The notes beneath the pieces were generated by a model. That model worked only from the letters and a program-made list of their open reading frames with translations. It made no database searches and had not been told where the DNA came from. The position numbers and the translations under genes are program-made. A DNA stretch of 64,000 bases. Origin: Candidatus Doudnabacteria bacterium RIFCSPHIGHO2_12_FULL_48_16. GTDB taxonomy: Bacteria; Patescibacteriota; Doudnabacteria; UBA920; O2-02-FULL-48-8. Shown in pieces: positions 54,928-64,000 of this stretch. The stretch is from contig MFEY01000007.1 of the NCBI GenBank assembly GCA_001780035.1, positions 262,343-326,342 of the forward strand, given 5' to 3'. The number at the start of each line of letters is the position of its first letter. The first letter of the stretch is position 1.

Positions 54928-56928
54928 ATGCCATTCAAACTCCACTCGCCATTCAAACCAGCCGGCGATCAGCCGCAAGCGATTGCCAAACTGATTCAGG
55001 GTTTGGATAAAAAATACCGCTACCAAACCCTCCTTGGCGTCACAGGGAGCGGCAAAACTTTTACCATGGCCAATGTCATCCAGAAAGTCCAGCGGCCGAC
55101 CCTGATTATTTCCCACAACAAGACTTTGGCCGCCCAATTGGCCAGCGAATTCCAGGATTTTTTCCCGGACAATGCCGTGCATTACTTTGTCTCCTACTAT
55201 GACTACTACCAGCCGGAGGCGTACATTCCCCGATCCGACACTTACATCGAAAAAGAAACCCAGATCAACGAAGAAATCGACAAACTGCGCAACGCCGCGA
55301 CCCAAAGTCTGCTGAGCCGCAAGGATGTCATCATTGTCGCCTCAGTGTCGTGCATCTACGGCTTGGGTTCGCCGGAGAATTATGAGTCCCTGGCCTTGGA
55401 GGTCAAAGTCGGCACCAAAATCAAGCGCGATAAATTTTTGCGCCGCTTAACCGACCTACAATTTATCCGCAACGACATGAATCTCTCCCGCGGTAACTAC
55501 CGCGTACGGGGTGATGTGATTGAATTTATCCCGGCTTCAGCGGACAAAATCATTCGGCTCGATTTTTTTGGCGATGAAATTGAAAAAATCTCCGAGCACG
55601 ATCCCTTAACTGGCCAGGATTTCGGCGTGCACGAGGAAATCACGATTTTCCCGGCCAAGCACTTCGTCACGCCGAAAGAAAAACTTCTGCGGGCCGTGGG
55701 CAATATCCGAGAAGAGCTGCGCGAACAAATTAACTTTTTTAAATCCCAAGGCAAGGAGCTGGAAGCGCAACGGATTGAGCAGCGAACTAACTTTGACCTC
55801 GAAATGATGATGGAAACCGGCTTTGTCGCCGGCATCGAAAACTATTCCCGACAGTTGGATTTTCGCCGCGCGGGTGATCCGCCCTCGACCCTGCTCGATT
55901 ATTTTCCCGATGACTTTTTGCTGTTTATTGACGAATCACACATTACCCTGCCCCAAATCGGCAGCATGTATAACGGCGACCAATCGCGCAAAAAAACCCT
56001 GGTCGACTACGGCTTCCGCCTGCCCAGCGCCATGGACAACCGGCCGCTGAAGTTCGAGGAATTCGAAAAGAAGATCAATCAAACGATCTTTGTTTCGGCC
56101 ACGCCGGAAAAAGAGCGGGAACTGAAAATTTCCAAACAGGTGGCCGAACAACTGATCCGGCCAACCGGGTTGCTCGATCCCGAAATCGAAATCCGCCCAA
56201 CTAAAAATCAAATCGATGACTTGATGGAAGAAATTCAGAAACGCGTGAAAAAGAAACAACGCACGCTGGTGACTACGCTGACGAAAAATATGGCTGAGGA
56301 ACTGTCCAACTACCTAGTGGAGTATGGCATCAAGGGCCACTATCTGCACTCGGACATCGACACGCTTGAGCGCCTGGAAATTCTGCGCGACCTGCGCCTC
56401 GGCATTTACGATGTCATTATTGGCATCAACCTCCTGCGGGAAGGCTTGGATTTGCCCGAAGTCTCATTGGTGGCCATTCTCGATGCGGACAAAGAAGGAT
56501 TTTTGCGCAGCGAAACCTCACTGATCCAAACCATGGGCCGCGCCGCCCGGCATTTGGAAGGCCGGGTCATCATGTATGCGGACCGAGTCACGGGATCCAT
56601 GCAGCGGGCCATGGATGAAGTCGACCGCCGCCGCCAAATTCAGGAAGACTATAACAAAAAGCATGGTATCACCCCGCAAACCATCCTCAAAGCCATCAAA
56701 GAAACCCGCCTGGCCGGCATGAAAGCTGTGGAAGAAAAAAACGCGATCACGGGCGAGATGGACCTAACCAAAATGTCCAAACAAGACATCGCTTACGCGG
56801 TGGAAGAGCTGCGCGATCAGATGGATCTGGCGGCGCGCAATCTGGATTTCGAAAAAGCGGCGTCACTGCGCGACCAAATCACCGCCATCCGGACCAAAAC
56901 CCGAATGAAGAAGCATAAGTTTAAGTAA
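54928..56928 (+). CDS. uvrB: excinuclease ABC subunit B
   Basis: 666 aa. [12 protein letters not shown] Walker A, DESH, helicase motifs, a beta-hairpin, and a C-terminal UVR domain. Confidence 0.95.
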   Translation: MPFKLHSPFKPAGDQPQAIAKLIQGLDKKYRYQTLLGVTGSGKTFTMANVIQKVQRPTLIISHNKTLAAQLASEFQDFFPDNAVHYFVSYYDYYQPEAYIPRSDTYIEKETQINEEIDKLRNAATQSLLSRKDVIIVASVSCIYGLGSPENYESLALEVKVGTKIKRDKFLRRLTDLQFIRNDMNLSRGNYRVRGDVIEFIPASADKIIRLDFFGDEIEKISEHDPLTGQDFGVHEEITIFPAKHFVTPKEKLLRAVGNIREELREQINFFKSQGKELEAQRIEQRTNFDLEMMMETGFVAGIENYSRQLDFRRAGDPPSTLLDYFPDDFLLFIDESHITLPQIGSMYNGDQSRKKTLVDYGFRLPSAMDNRPLKFEEFEKKINQTIFVSATPEKERELKISKQVAEQLIRPTGLLDPEIEIRPTKNQIDDLMEEIQKRVKKKQRTLVTTLTKNMAEELSNYLVEYGIKGHYLHSDIDTLERLEILRDLRLGIYDVIIGINLLREGLDLPEVSLVAILDADKEGFLRSETSLIQTMGRAARHLEGRVIMYADRVTGSMQRAMDEVDRRRQIQEDYNKKHGITPQTILKAIKETRLAGMKAVEEKNAITGEMDLTKMSKQDIAYAVEELRDQMDLAARNLDFEKAASLRDQITAIRTKTRMKKHKFK

Positions 56929-56955
56929 ATTGAATTTTTGGATCTTGGTGTATAT

Positions 56956-56978
56956 CTTTTTGCTCGGCCGAGCAAAAT
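56956..56978. terminator. bidirectional terminator TTTTT-GCTCGG/CCGAGC-AAAA after uvrB
   Basis: Seen in sequence. Confidence 0.55.
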
Positions 56979-56989
56979 ATGATACGGAC

Positions 56990-57019
56990 TTGCGGCCAAT
57001 TTATCGCTGGCATTATAAT
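56990..57019 (+). promoter_or_regulatory. promoter TTGCGG-18-TATAAT, 13 nt upstream of the ATG at 57033
   Basis: Suggests the real start of the downstream gene is 57033, not 56979. Confidence 0.4.
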
Positions 57020-57032
57020 AACTACATTCATT

Positions 57033-59837
57033 ATGAGGGACGAGAATAAAAGCAAAAACTCAATAAAAACCTTAAGAGTACTATTGGCGGCGCTGGTCTT
57101 GGGTGCGGCTTTTTTATTACCCCAAACCGGCCGGGCCATTACCCTGCCGACCACGCCATGCGATACCCAACAAGCCAATGCCGCGCACCTCACAAGCAAT
57201 GCCACCCTAGAGGATGGTAATAAAGCCTTTGTGTATGGCAGCAACAACGATTTTGTATCCCGAACGGGAAATACTATAACTTTCAATGTTGATTTTTTAT
57301 TTAACCCCGCCACCACTGCCTATATTAAAGCATTTTTCATGGGACAGAACTGCGCGGTCGGCGCGGCGCCCGCCTTCGGCGATATTTTTACCCAAAATAA
57401 TGTCGTTTCGTATGATTTTTCCACCGACTTGTTTTCAACAGGCGGGCAAAGCACGCGGGTTTTATCCAATGTCTCGACCAAATATATCTGGATTGAAATT
57501 TGGGATGGAATCAACAATAGCAATGCCGCGAGCTACTCTTATCTTGTCGATACGGATGATATCCAAAACCCAACCGGCGAACCGCCAGAACCATCGGAGC
57601 CATCAGGTCTGCGACCAGTTTTGATTATTCCTGGGATAACTGGCACAGACTTATTTAATGAATCAACTTTGATTTGGCCAGACCTATTGGGAATGTTGGG
57701 CAGTAGTAGTGATCAATTTATTTTAAATAATTTAAATCTAAATCTCGAAGGAGAATCCATCCAAACAATAACAACTGGCGATATCAATAGAATCACGGAA
57801 ATAACACCATTTTTTAGATTGGACATATTCCAATCTTTAATAAATGATATTGAAAATACTGGTTATGGTCCGGAAAATTCGTATTTCATTTTTCCTTACG
57901 ATTGGCGTTTGAATCTAGACTCCAGCATATCCTTACTAAATACTAGAATTGAAACAATAAAAACATTAACCAATTTTAATAAAATAGATATTATCGCGCA
58001 TAGTATGGGTGGGCTGCTAGCCGAAGATTATATAGATCAATATGGCCACGATAGTATTAATAAGCTAATTTTTGTAGGAACTCCGCACTTAGGATCACCC
58101 AAATCCGCGAAAACTATAATGCACGGAGATAACTTAAGCATTCCTTTTCTTAACAGGGGAACAGTAAAAGAATTATCTAAGAATATGCCGTCTATTTACG
58201 AACTCTTGCCAAATCAAAATTACTTTAGTGAAACCAACGGTTACCTAATGACCTCGTCCAATACGAACGCTCCCCGGCTTAACTATAATGAAAGCAAAAA
58301 ATTTATTCTCAGTCGCGGCGGCAACTCCAATGTCTTTGCCCAAGCTGAAAACTTTTTTGCCAAAAATCTGGAAGATACCGATTTTACCGGAGTCGATACC
58401 TACAACATCGCCGGCTGTTGGACCGGCACTCAGTCGGCTTACAGTTACCGCACTACGACTGGTTCTTTGGCCCAAATTGGTTACGGCAACGGTGACGGCA
58501 CCGTGCCACTGGCCAGCGCTGACTACATAAACATTGCCTCAAACAAAAAATACTACGTCAAAAGTATCAAACATGCGGAGTTACCCAGCGCCAATGGCGT
58601 ACGACAACTGATGCTGGACATTCTGTCCAACTCCCTCGGATCCTTGGCCGGGAACATCACTCAAAACTCCAATAATTGCAACTTGCAGGGAGTGAGCCTG
58701 CTCTGGCGCAGTCCGGTTACGGTGCATATTTATGACAGCGGCAACAACCATCTGGGACCCGGCGATAACGACTCCATAGATTTGGATATCCCCGGCGCTG
58801 ATTATGAAATCATTGATGGAGAAAAATTTGTTTTCCTGCCGACTAGCGATGGACAAACTTATACCATCCAAGGATTGGGCGAAGACAATGCCACTTTTGA
58901 CCTGTTAATTTCCACCATCGACAACGGCGTCATAACCGGCACTCAAATTTTCAATGACATACCAATCAATCCCGATGAGACGGTTGAATTTACCATCAAC
59001 AATACCAGCAATAATGACGCCATTACAGTCCAAGGTGAAACAGTCCAATCCAACGGCAGCCTAACCGCAGAGCAAAGTTCTGACTTGGTGTCGCCAGTGA
59101 CAATGGCGGAAGAATCCGGTCCAAGCTTCGGCCCCAAGCAGCTCATATTGAATGCAACTGATAATAATGCCGGAATTCTGAGTACAAATTATTCATTCAC
59201 CGGTTCCAATTATCAAACCTATGGCGGGCCGATTGCTATTTCCGCCCCAGGTATAACGTTCGTATATTACTATTCAGTTGATAATGCGGGAAATAATGAA
59301 CCGGTAAAAATGATTCAAATAGGGATCGCTACCACCGGAGGCAGTATACCAACACCAAAGTCAGAGCCGCCGGTTGCTTCGGAAAGCACTGATGAAGAAG
59401 CAAAGATAAACGAACCACTGGAAGACGGCGCGGTTTTGGGAGAAAAAATCGAGCAGCCAAAGACTAGCCAAATTCACGATAGTGTTTTGGTTTTGGATAT
59501 ATCAGACGGCCGGACGGTCTATATTATTGGCAATAACGGCAAAAAATTTGGGTTTATTTCCGAACAAGTTTTTTGGGATTTAGGGTATACTTTTGAAAAT
59601 GCGGTCAAAGCTGATGTTTCCGGCTATGAATTGGGAGGATTAATACAAACCGCCGAAGCCCCGCATCCGAATGGCAGTTTAGTATTAAACAATGGTATAA
59701 TTTGGTATATAAATAATGACCAGCGGGTGGCCTTTATCTCGATGGAATCGTTCTTATCTTACGGCTTTAAGATAGAGCAGATTGTATCAGCAAATGAATT
59801 TGATATGGCCTTAACAGAGGATAAAATTATAAATTAA
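57033..59837 (+). CDS. large secreted protein with an alpha/beta-hydrolase (lipase/esterase GxSxG) domain and C-terminal beta-rich repeats
   Basis: Signal peptide. Nucleophile elbow IIAHSMGGLLAEDY. AT-rich. The track ORF starts at 56979. Confidence 0.6.
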   Translation: MRDENKSKNSIKTLRVLLAALVLGAAFLLPQTGRAITLPTTPCDTQQANAAHLTSNATLEDGNKAFVYGSNNDFVSRTGNTITFNVDFLFNPATTAYIKAFFMGQNCAVGAAPAFGDIFTQNNVVSYDFSTDLFSTGGQSTRVLSNVSTKYIWIEIWDGINNSNAASYSYLVDTDDIQNPTGEPPEPSEPSGLRPVLIIPGITGTDLFNESTLIWPDLLGMLGSSSDQFILNNLNLNLEGESIQTITTGDINRITEITPFFRLDIFQSLINDIENTGYGPENSYFIFPYDWRLNLDSSISLLNTRIETIKTLTNFNKIDIIAHSMGGLLAEDYIDQYGHDSINKLIFVGTPHLGSPKSAKTIMHGDNLSIPFLNRGTVKELSKNMPSIYELLPNQNYFSETNGYLMTSSNTNAPRLNYNESKKFILSRGGNSNVFAQAENFFAKNLEDTDFTGVDTYNIAGCWTGTQSAYSYRTTTGSLAQIGYGNGDGTVPLASADYINIASNKKYYVKSIKHAELPSANGVRQLMLDILSNSLGSLAGNITQNSNNCNLQGVSLLWRSPVTVHIYDSGNNHLGPGDNDSIDLDIPGADYEIIDGEKFVFLPTSDGQTYTIQGLGEDNATFDLLISTIDNGVITGTQIFNDIPINPDETVEFTINNTSNNDAITVQGETVQSNGSLTAEQSSDLVSPVTMAEESGPSFGPKQLILNATDNNAGILSTNYSFTGSNYQTYGGPIAISAPGITFVYYYSVDNAGNNEPVKMIQIGIATTGGSIPTPKSEPPVASESTDEEAKINEPLEDGAVLGEKIEQPKTSQIHDSVLVLDISDGRTVYIIGNNGKKFGFISEQVFWDLGYTFENAVKADVSGYELGGLIQTAEAPHPNGSLVLNNGIIWYINNDQRVAFISMESFLSYGFKIEQIVSANEFDMALTEDKIIN

Positions 59838-59848
59838 ATAATCTAAAT

Positions 59849-60118
59849 ATGTCACAAAATAAAAAATTTACTGGAATCTTATTAATTACATTACTACCTC
59901 TTATAGGTGCATTTATAAATGGATCAATAAACGGTAAAAATGTAAATAATTTTAGCACACTTGCTTTCATCATCGCTATCTTGGGTTGCGGATTTATAAT
60001 TATATTAAATTTCTATCAAACTAAAGAGTCGTTCTGGTATACATTGCCTATCGCCTTAGGATTATCTCTTGGATTATTTCTATATTTCGGTTTATCTTTA
60101 ACAAATTTTGGTTTCTAG
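59849..60118 (+). CDS. small hydrophobic membrane protein (89 aa)
   Basis: Very AT-rich with 3 TM segments. Confidence 0.35.
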   Translation: MSQNKKFTGILLITLLPLIGAFINGSINGKNVNNFSTLAFIIAILGCGFIIILNFYQTKESFWYTLPIALGLSLGLFLYFGLSLTNFGF

Positions 60119-60122
60119 CCTC

Positions 60123-60151
60123 TTGCCAATCCGTCTACTTTCTGCTATTAT
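60123..60151 (+). promoter_or_regulatory. promoter TTGCCA-17-TATTAT for rpsT, followed by a leader with hairpin CAGAAG-tgtcg-CTTCTG
   Basis: Seen in sequence. Confidence 0.5.
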
Positions 60152-60223
60152 CTTTTAGCTAATCAGAAGTGTCGCTTCTGGAAAGCGCTATCAGCTATCA
60201 TCTAATAACTTTCAACTTTTCTC

Positions 60224-60487
60224 ATGCCTAACACTAAATCCGCCATTAAAGCCGCGAGACAGAATCTCAAGCGCCGCGTGGCCAACCTCAAGACTCTCGA
60301 TGGCGTTCGCAAAACAGCCAAACAGGTCCGCAAGTTTGCCGCCTCCGGCGACAAAACCGAAGCCCTCAAAGCACTCTCGGCCGCGTTCGCCGCGCTCGAC
60401 AAGGCCGCCAAAAAAAACGTGATTCACCGCAACAACGCAAGCCGACACAAATCCCGACTGACGAAACTCGTGGATAAAACAAAATAA
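60224..60487 (+). CDS. rpsT: 30S ribosomal protein S20
   Basis: 87 aa. MPNTKSAIKAARQNLKRR... Confidence 0.9.
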   Translation: MPNTKSAIKAARQNLKRRVANLKTLDGVRKTAKQVRKFAASGDKTEALKALSAAFAALDKAAKKNVIHRNNASRHKSRLTKLVDKTK

Positions 60488-60496
60488 ACCTGAATA

Positions 60497-60564
60497 CTAA
60501 ACCCCGGAAATCCCGGGGTTTTTAAATGTAACAACCACCAAGCGATAGGTGGGTAGTTGTTACA
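60497..60564. terminator. two tandem hairpins between convergent rpsT and HAD genes (CCCCGG-aaat-CCGGGG+T5; then a 13-17 bp imperfect palindrome)
   Basis: Seen in sequence. Confidence 0.55.
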
Positions 60565-60571
60565 AGGCTAT

Positions 60572-61219
60572 TTAAATAATAGCTCTAATCTCCGCCAGGG
60601 TGTTCACCACTTGCCAGGCCAAAGTTTCCAAAATTTTATCTTCAAACTCCGTTCGCACCGCGATGCCCTTACCAGTAATTTTAAACAATTCATGATCGTT
60701 GTCGCTATCGCCGATCACGGCGCATTGTTCCGGTTGCAGATTATTTTTCTTTAAAAATTCGTGAAATTGTTTTAGTTTCAATTCCCCTTGTTTCCACTCG
60801 TATTTAAAATCCAAAATCCGGCCGTGATCGTCCCAATTCAGTTTCGTGTTGTAATAAAAATTTTCCACGCCCACCTTGCGCGCCACAATTTGGGCATTTA
60901 GATCAGTCGACCCGGTAATTAAGCAAATGACGATGCCTTTGGTTTTTAAATACTCAATCAAACTGACCGCATCAGGCCGCAGAGCCATCGCTTCCATGGC
61001 GTTAGTAAAATTTTCACGAGTGTCTTTGCCGTATCGTTTCCATAATGCCAAAATTCGGGCATTGGCCTCTTCGTGGGTAATCTTACCTGAGCGCTCCAAC
61101 TCCACCACTTCCAAATCTTCTGCCCATGTCCCGCCCATGGCCAACATCAGCTGCTGCCAGGAATTTTTCTCAGTCAGCGTGCCGTCGATATCAAAAACAA
61201 CCGCCTTAATTTCCGGCAT
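60572..61219 (-). CDS. HAD-superfamily hydrolase (phosphoserine-phosphatase-like)
   Basis: VVFDIDGTLT motif I, ...GDSDND... motif IV. Confidence 0.7.
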   Translation of the reverse strand: MPEIKAVVFDIDGTLTEKNSWQQLMLAMGGTWAEDLEVVELERSGKITHEEANARILALWKRYGKDTRENFTNAMEAMALRPDAVSLIEYLKTKGIVICLITGSTDLNAQIVARKVGVENFYYNTKLNWDDHGRILDFKYEWKQGELKLKQFHEFLKKNNLQPEQCAVIGDSDNDHELFKITGKGIAVRTEFEDKILETLAWQVVNTLAEIRAII

Positions 61220-61682
61220 TCATATCCCTTAAATCAAATTTTTCAATAGCCGTGCCGTCGTGGTTATAATAAAATTCGCCTTCAAATTTCTGCCCGGCCA
61301 AAAATTTGGGCATCCAATATTTATCTTCCAGCCACATTTGTTCAAACGGAATGTCTTCAAACCGAAACCACTGCGGCCGCATTTCCTCGGTTTCCATCGG
61401 CTCGCCGGACCAAGTCCGGACCAGATACAGATTCACTTCCTGATCCCAATCCGGATTGTTGGTAAAATAAAATTCCATCCGACCAAGCTTAATCAAATCT
61501 TGCCGGTTGATTTGTACCCCGATCTCTTCCGCTGTCTCGCGCACGGCCGCGCTCGCCAAATCCTCGCCGGGTTCCGGCTTGCCGCCATAACCGTTCCATT
61601 TGCCGGCGCCGAAGCCTCGTTTTTTCATGGCCAACAGAATTTCCTGTTCTTTGACCAACAAACAAAGGGTCGTTTGCCTCAT
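61206..61682 (-). CDS. Nudix hydrolase (MutT-like)
   Basis: Nudix box GGKPEPGEDLASAAVRETAEEIG. The start ATG overlaps the polA stop (ATGA). Confidence 0.75.
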   Translation of the reverse strand: MRQTTLCLLVKEQEILLAMKKRGFGAGKWNGYGGKPEPGEDLASAAVRETAEEIGVQINRQDLIKLGRMEFYFTNNPDWDQEVNLYLVRTWSGEPMETEEMRPQWFRFEDIPFEQMWLEDKYWMPKFLAGQKFEGEFYYNHDGTAIEKFDLRDMNAGN

Positions 61683-63997
61683 ATTTTTATTTTCTGCATC
61701 TCGCACCAGTTCAAACCAGCTTTGGCGTGCGCCTCAATCGGCACCTGGAGTTTATACACCGATTCCATGATTGGTTTAATTTTAGCTGCATACTTTTCCG
61801 CATCAGTTTTTTTGACCTCAAAGACCAATTCATCATGTACGGACAGTAGCATGTTCGCCCCGGGAATTTCCTTTTCAATTTGAATCATGGCCATTTTGAT
61901 GATGTCAGCGGCTAGCGACTGGATGGGCATATTGACCGCCTGGCGTTCAGCGGCTGCGCGGACGGCAAACACCGGCGAATTGATCTCCGGAAAATAACGG
62001 ACGCGGCCGAGTGGATTCTCGATCCGGCCTTGCTGGTGCGCCACATCAATCATATTGTCGATAAAGTTCCGCAGTTTGGGAAAGGCCTGGTAATACTTTT
62101 TGATATACTCTGCCGCTTCCCCGCGCTCCATATCGCTGCGCGATGACAGGCCAAATGCCGACACGCCATACAGAATGCTGAAGTTGATGGTTTTGGCATC
62201 CCGCCGCTGGTTGGCAGTCACATCCGATTCTGGCACGCCAAAAATTCTGGCCGCTGTGGCTGTATGAAAATCACCTTTGGCGGAAAAAATCTTGATCATT
62301 TCCGAATCACCTGACAGTGAAGCGGCGATCCGCAATTCAATCTGAGAATAATCCAAGGATAACAAAATATTGCCGCGACCAGCGACAAAAGCCTTGCGCA
62401 CTTCATTGCCCAAGTCAGACCGGATCGGGATATTTTGCAGATTGGGATTAATGGAGCTCAACCGGCCCGTGGCAGCAATCGTCTGGCTGTAGGTGGTATG
62501 AATCCGACCGTCCCGGCCAACCAATTGCGGCAGGGCGTCGACATAAGTTGATTTGAGTTTGGTCAATTCCCGATATTCGAAAATCAAATCAATGATCGGA
62601 TGGAGTCCGCGCATTTTTTCCAGTTCCCCCGCCGCAGTCGAAATGCCGCCGGATTTTTTGTTCTTTTTCAAATTTTCAGTTGAAATCCGCAATTTTTCAA
62701 ACAAAATTTCCCGCAGCTGTTTGGGTGAAGCGATATTAAAATCCCCGCCGGCCAGTTTGTGAATCTCTTTGGTCAACTGCTTGATCCGTTTATCCAGTTG
62801 TACCGATAAATCTTTGAGCCACTTCAAATCGACCTTAATGCCGCGCCGCTGCATCTTCGCCAGCACCTCCATCAAAGGTATTTCTATTTCCTGAAAAATT
62901 TTGACCAGTTTCGTTTTGTGCAACTGGGCAGCCAAGTCCTGCCAATCACTGGCTTCATACTCGCGCTGGCCCGGATTGAGCAGATACGCTGCCAGCAGGG
63001 CCTGAGCATCGTTTTTAATCAAGGCATTCGGTTCAGTTTTCCGTATCTTGATTCCTGATTCTCGATTTTTGATTCCTTCTTTCAACCCGCCCGGCAGGCG
63101 CGCATCCAAAGCCCGGACACCCAAAGCATGCAGCAGCTTTAAAACTTCGCCCTGATCATAATCACCCATGATGCACTTTTCAAAATCGAAATCTCCGCCG
63201 GAGGCGGATCCGCCTTTGGCGGACAAACTCAACTCCGCTTTTTGATCAATGTGCGCCAATTTTTGGGATAAATAAGCTTTAGCTTTGCCGTCCTGGAGTT
63301 TTTTCAGCGTTCCGGGTTTGATTTTTGCACTATTGGCATCGACTGCTTCATACACACCATCCAAACTGCCAAAAGTTTTGATCAACTCCAACGCGCCCTT
63401 TTCCCCAATCCCGGGCACGCCCGGAATATTATCCGAGGTGTCGCCGCGAATGGCCTTGTAATCGACCCACTGCGAGGGGTGTAGGCCATAAACTTCGGCC
63501 ATCTTATCGATGTCAAAAATTTGGATATCGGAAAAGCCGATTTTGAACCGGTAAACGTGGGTATGATTGTCAATCAGTTGCAGCAGGTCCAGATCGCCGG
63601 TGACGATCATGTTGAGGACGTCTTTGCTGGTCTTGTGCGAAATGATCCCGAGCAGATCATCGGCTTCATAACCGGCTTTTTCATAAATCGGAATGTCCAA
63701 CGCATTTAAAATTTCTTTAAGTTTTGGCGTCTGCATACTGAGTTCATCCGGCATCGGTTTGCGGGTCGCTTTGTAATCCGCAGCCATGTCATCGCGAAAA
63801 ATTTTGCCCGGCATATCAAACGTGACCAAGGCGTGCGTGGGTTTGATATCCACCAAGGACTTAAACAGCATGGATAAAAACCCAAAAATTGCCCCGGTCG
63901 GAAATCCGTCCGGCGCCGTCATGTTGGGAATGGCGTGAAAGGCGCGGTAAAACAACGCGTGCCCATCAATTAACAGCAATTTTTTCTTGAATTCCAT
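61679..63997 (-). CDS. polA: DNA polymerase I (5'-nuclease + polymerase domains; short form)
   Basis: 772 aa. N-terminal 5'-3' exonuclease LLLIDGHALFYRAFHA, pol motifs A (DYSQIELR), B (RRxAKxxNFGxxYG) and C (VHDE). Confidence 0.9.
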   Translation of the reverse strand: MEFKKKLLLIDGHALFYRAFHAIPNMTAPDGFPTGAIFGFLSMLFKSLVDIKPTHALVTFDMPGKIFRDDMAADYKATRKPMPDELSMQTPKLKEILNALDIPIYEKAGYEADDLLGIISHKTSKDVLNMIVTGDLDLLQLIDNHTHVYRFKIGFSDIQIFDIDKMAEVYGLHPSQWVDYKAIRGDTSDNIPGVPGIGEKGALELIKTFGSLDGVYEAVDANSAKIKPGTLKKLQDGKAKAYLSQKLAHIDQKAELSLSAKGGSASGGDFDFEKCIMGDYDQGEVLKLLHALGVRALDARLPGGLKEGIKNRESGIKIRKTEPNALIKNDAQALLAAYLLNPGQREYEASDWQDLAAQLHKTKLVKIFQEIEIPLMEVLAKMQRRGIKVDLKWLKDLSVQLDKRIKQLTKEIHKLAGGDFNIASPKQLREILFEKLRISTENLKKNKKSGGISTAAGELEKMRGLHPIIDLIFEYRELTKLKSTYVDALPQLVGRDGRIHTTYSQTIAATGRLSSINPNLQNIPIRSDLGNEVRKAFVAGRGNILLSLDYSQIELRIAASLSGDSEMIKIFSAKGDFHTATAARIFGVPESDVTANQRRDAKTINFSILYGVSAFGLSSRSDMERGEAAEYIKKYYQAFPKLRNFIDNMIDVAHQQGRIENPLGRVRYFPEINSPVFAVRAAAERQAVNMPIQSLAADIIKMAMIQIEKEIPGANMLLSVHDELVFEVKKTDAEKYAAKIKPIMESVYKLQVPIEAHAKAGLNWCEMQKIKI

Positions 63998-64000
63998 GTC

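Overview
This window is a 64 kb stretch of a roughly 50-55% GC bacterial chromosome. It uses the standard genetic code (TGA/TAA/TAG stops) and most genes have strong AGGAG-type ribosome-binding sites (RBS). The many large secreted or surface proteins and short housekeeping genes would fit an uncultivated, possibly Patescibacteria/CPR-like lineage, but I cannot verify this from the sequence alone.

The backbone is housekeeping: uvrA, uvrC, secG, a peptide-ABC substrate-binding protein, RNase J, trpS, a phosphohexomutase, ychF, rpsF-ssb-rpsR-efp, glutamate dehydrogenase, two tandem thioredoxin reductases, folD, an ECF sigma/anti-sigma pair, an MFS transporter, tsaD, valS, rpoB-rpoC, tsaB-like, LOG-like, FemAB, ruvA, uvrB, rpsT, a HAD, a Nudix and polA. 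There are also two tRNAs (Leu-CAG, Glu-UUC) and a 67-nt tRNA-like remnant.

The main non-backbone observations are:
1. An AT-rich ~2.9 kb islet (40.26-43.18 kb) bounded by ~32-nt imperfect direct repeats. It carries a gamma-class N6-adenine methyltransferase, a convergent 207-aa candidate endonuclease and a HAD hydrolase.
2. Two copies of a ~105-bp MITE-like element with 13-nt terminal inverted repeats, inserted so that the right end supplies the ATG of trpS and of tsaD.
3. A hairpin repeat family (CCYTCTCCC-N5-GGGAGARGG) that flanks a DUF559 endonuclease gene and also sits in-frame inside valS.
4. An AT-rich, in-frame ~170-aa Nudix-domain insertion inside valS.
5. A T-box-like leader with a GUC specifier upstream of valS.
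6. A very high-GC (GC3 about 90%+) two-gene block next to tRNA-Leu.
7. A duplicated 5' fragment of tRNA-Glu upstream of the intact gene.
8. A candidate ~76-nt small RNA, and several consensus promoters and leaderless starts.

No CRISPR array, rRNA, integrase or transposase was recognised.
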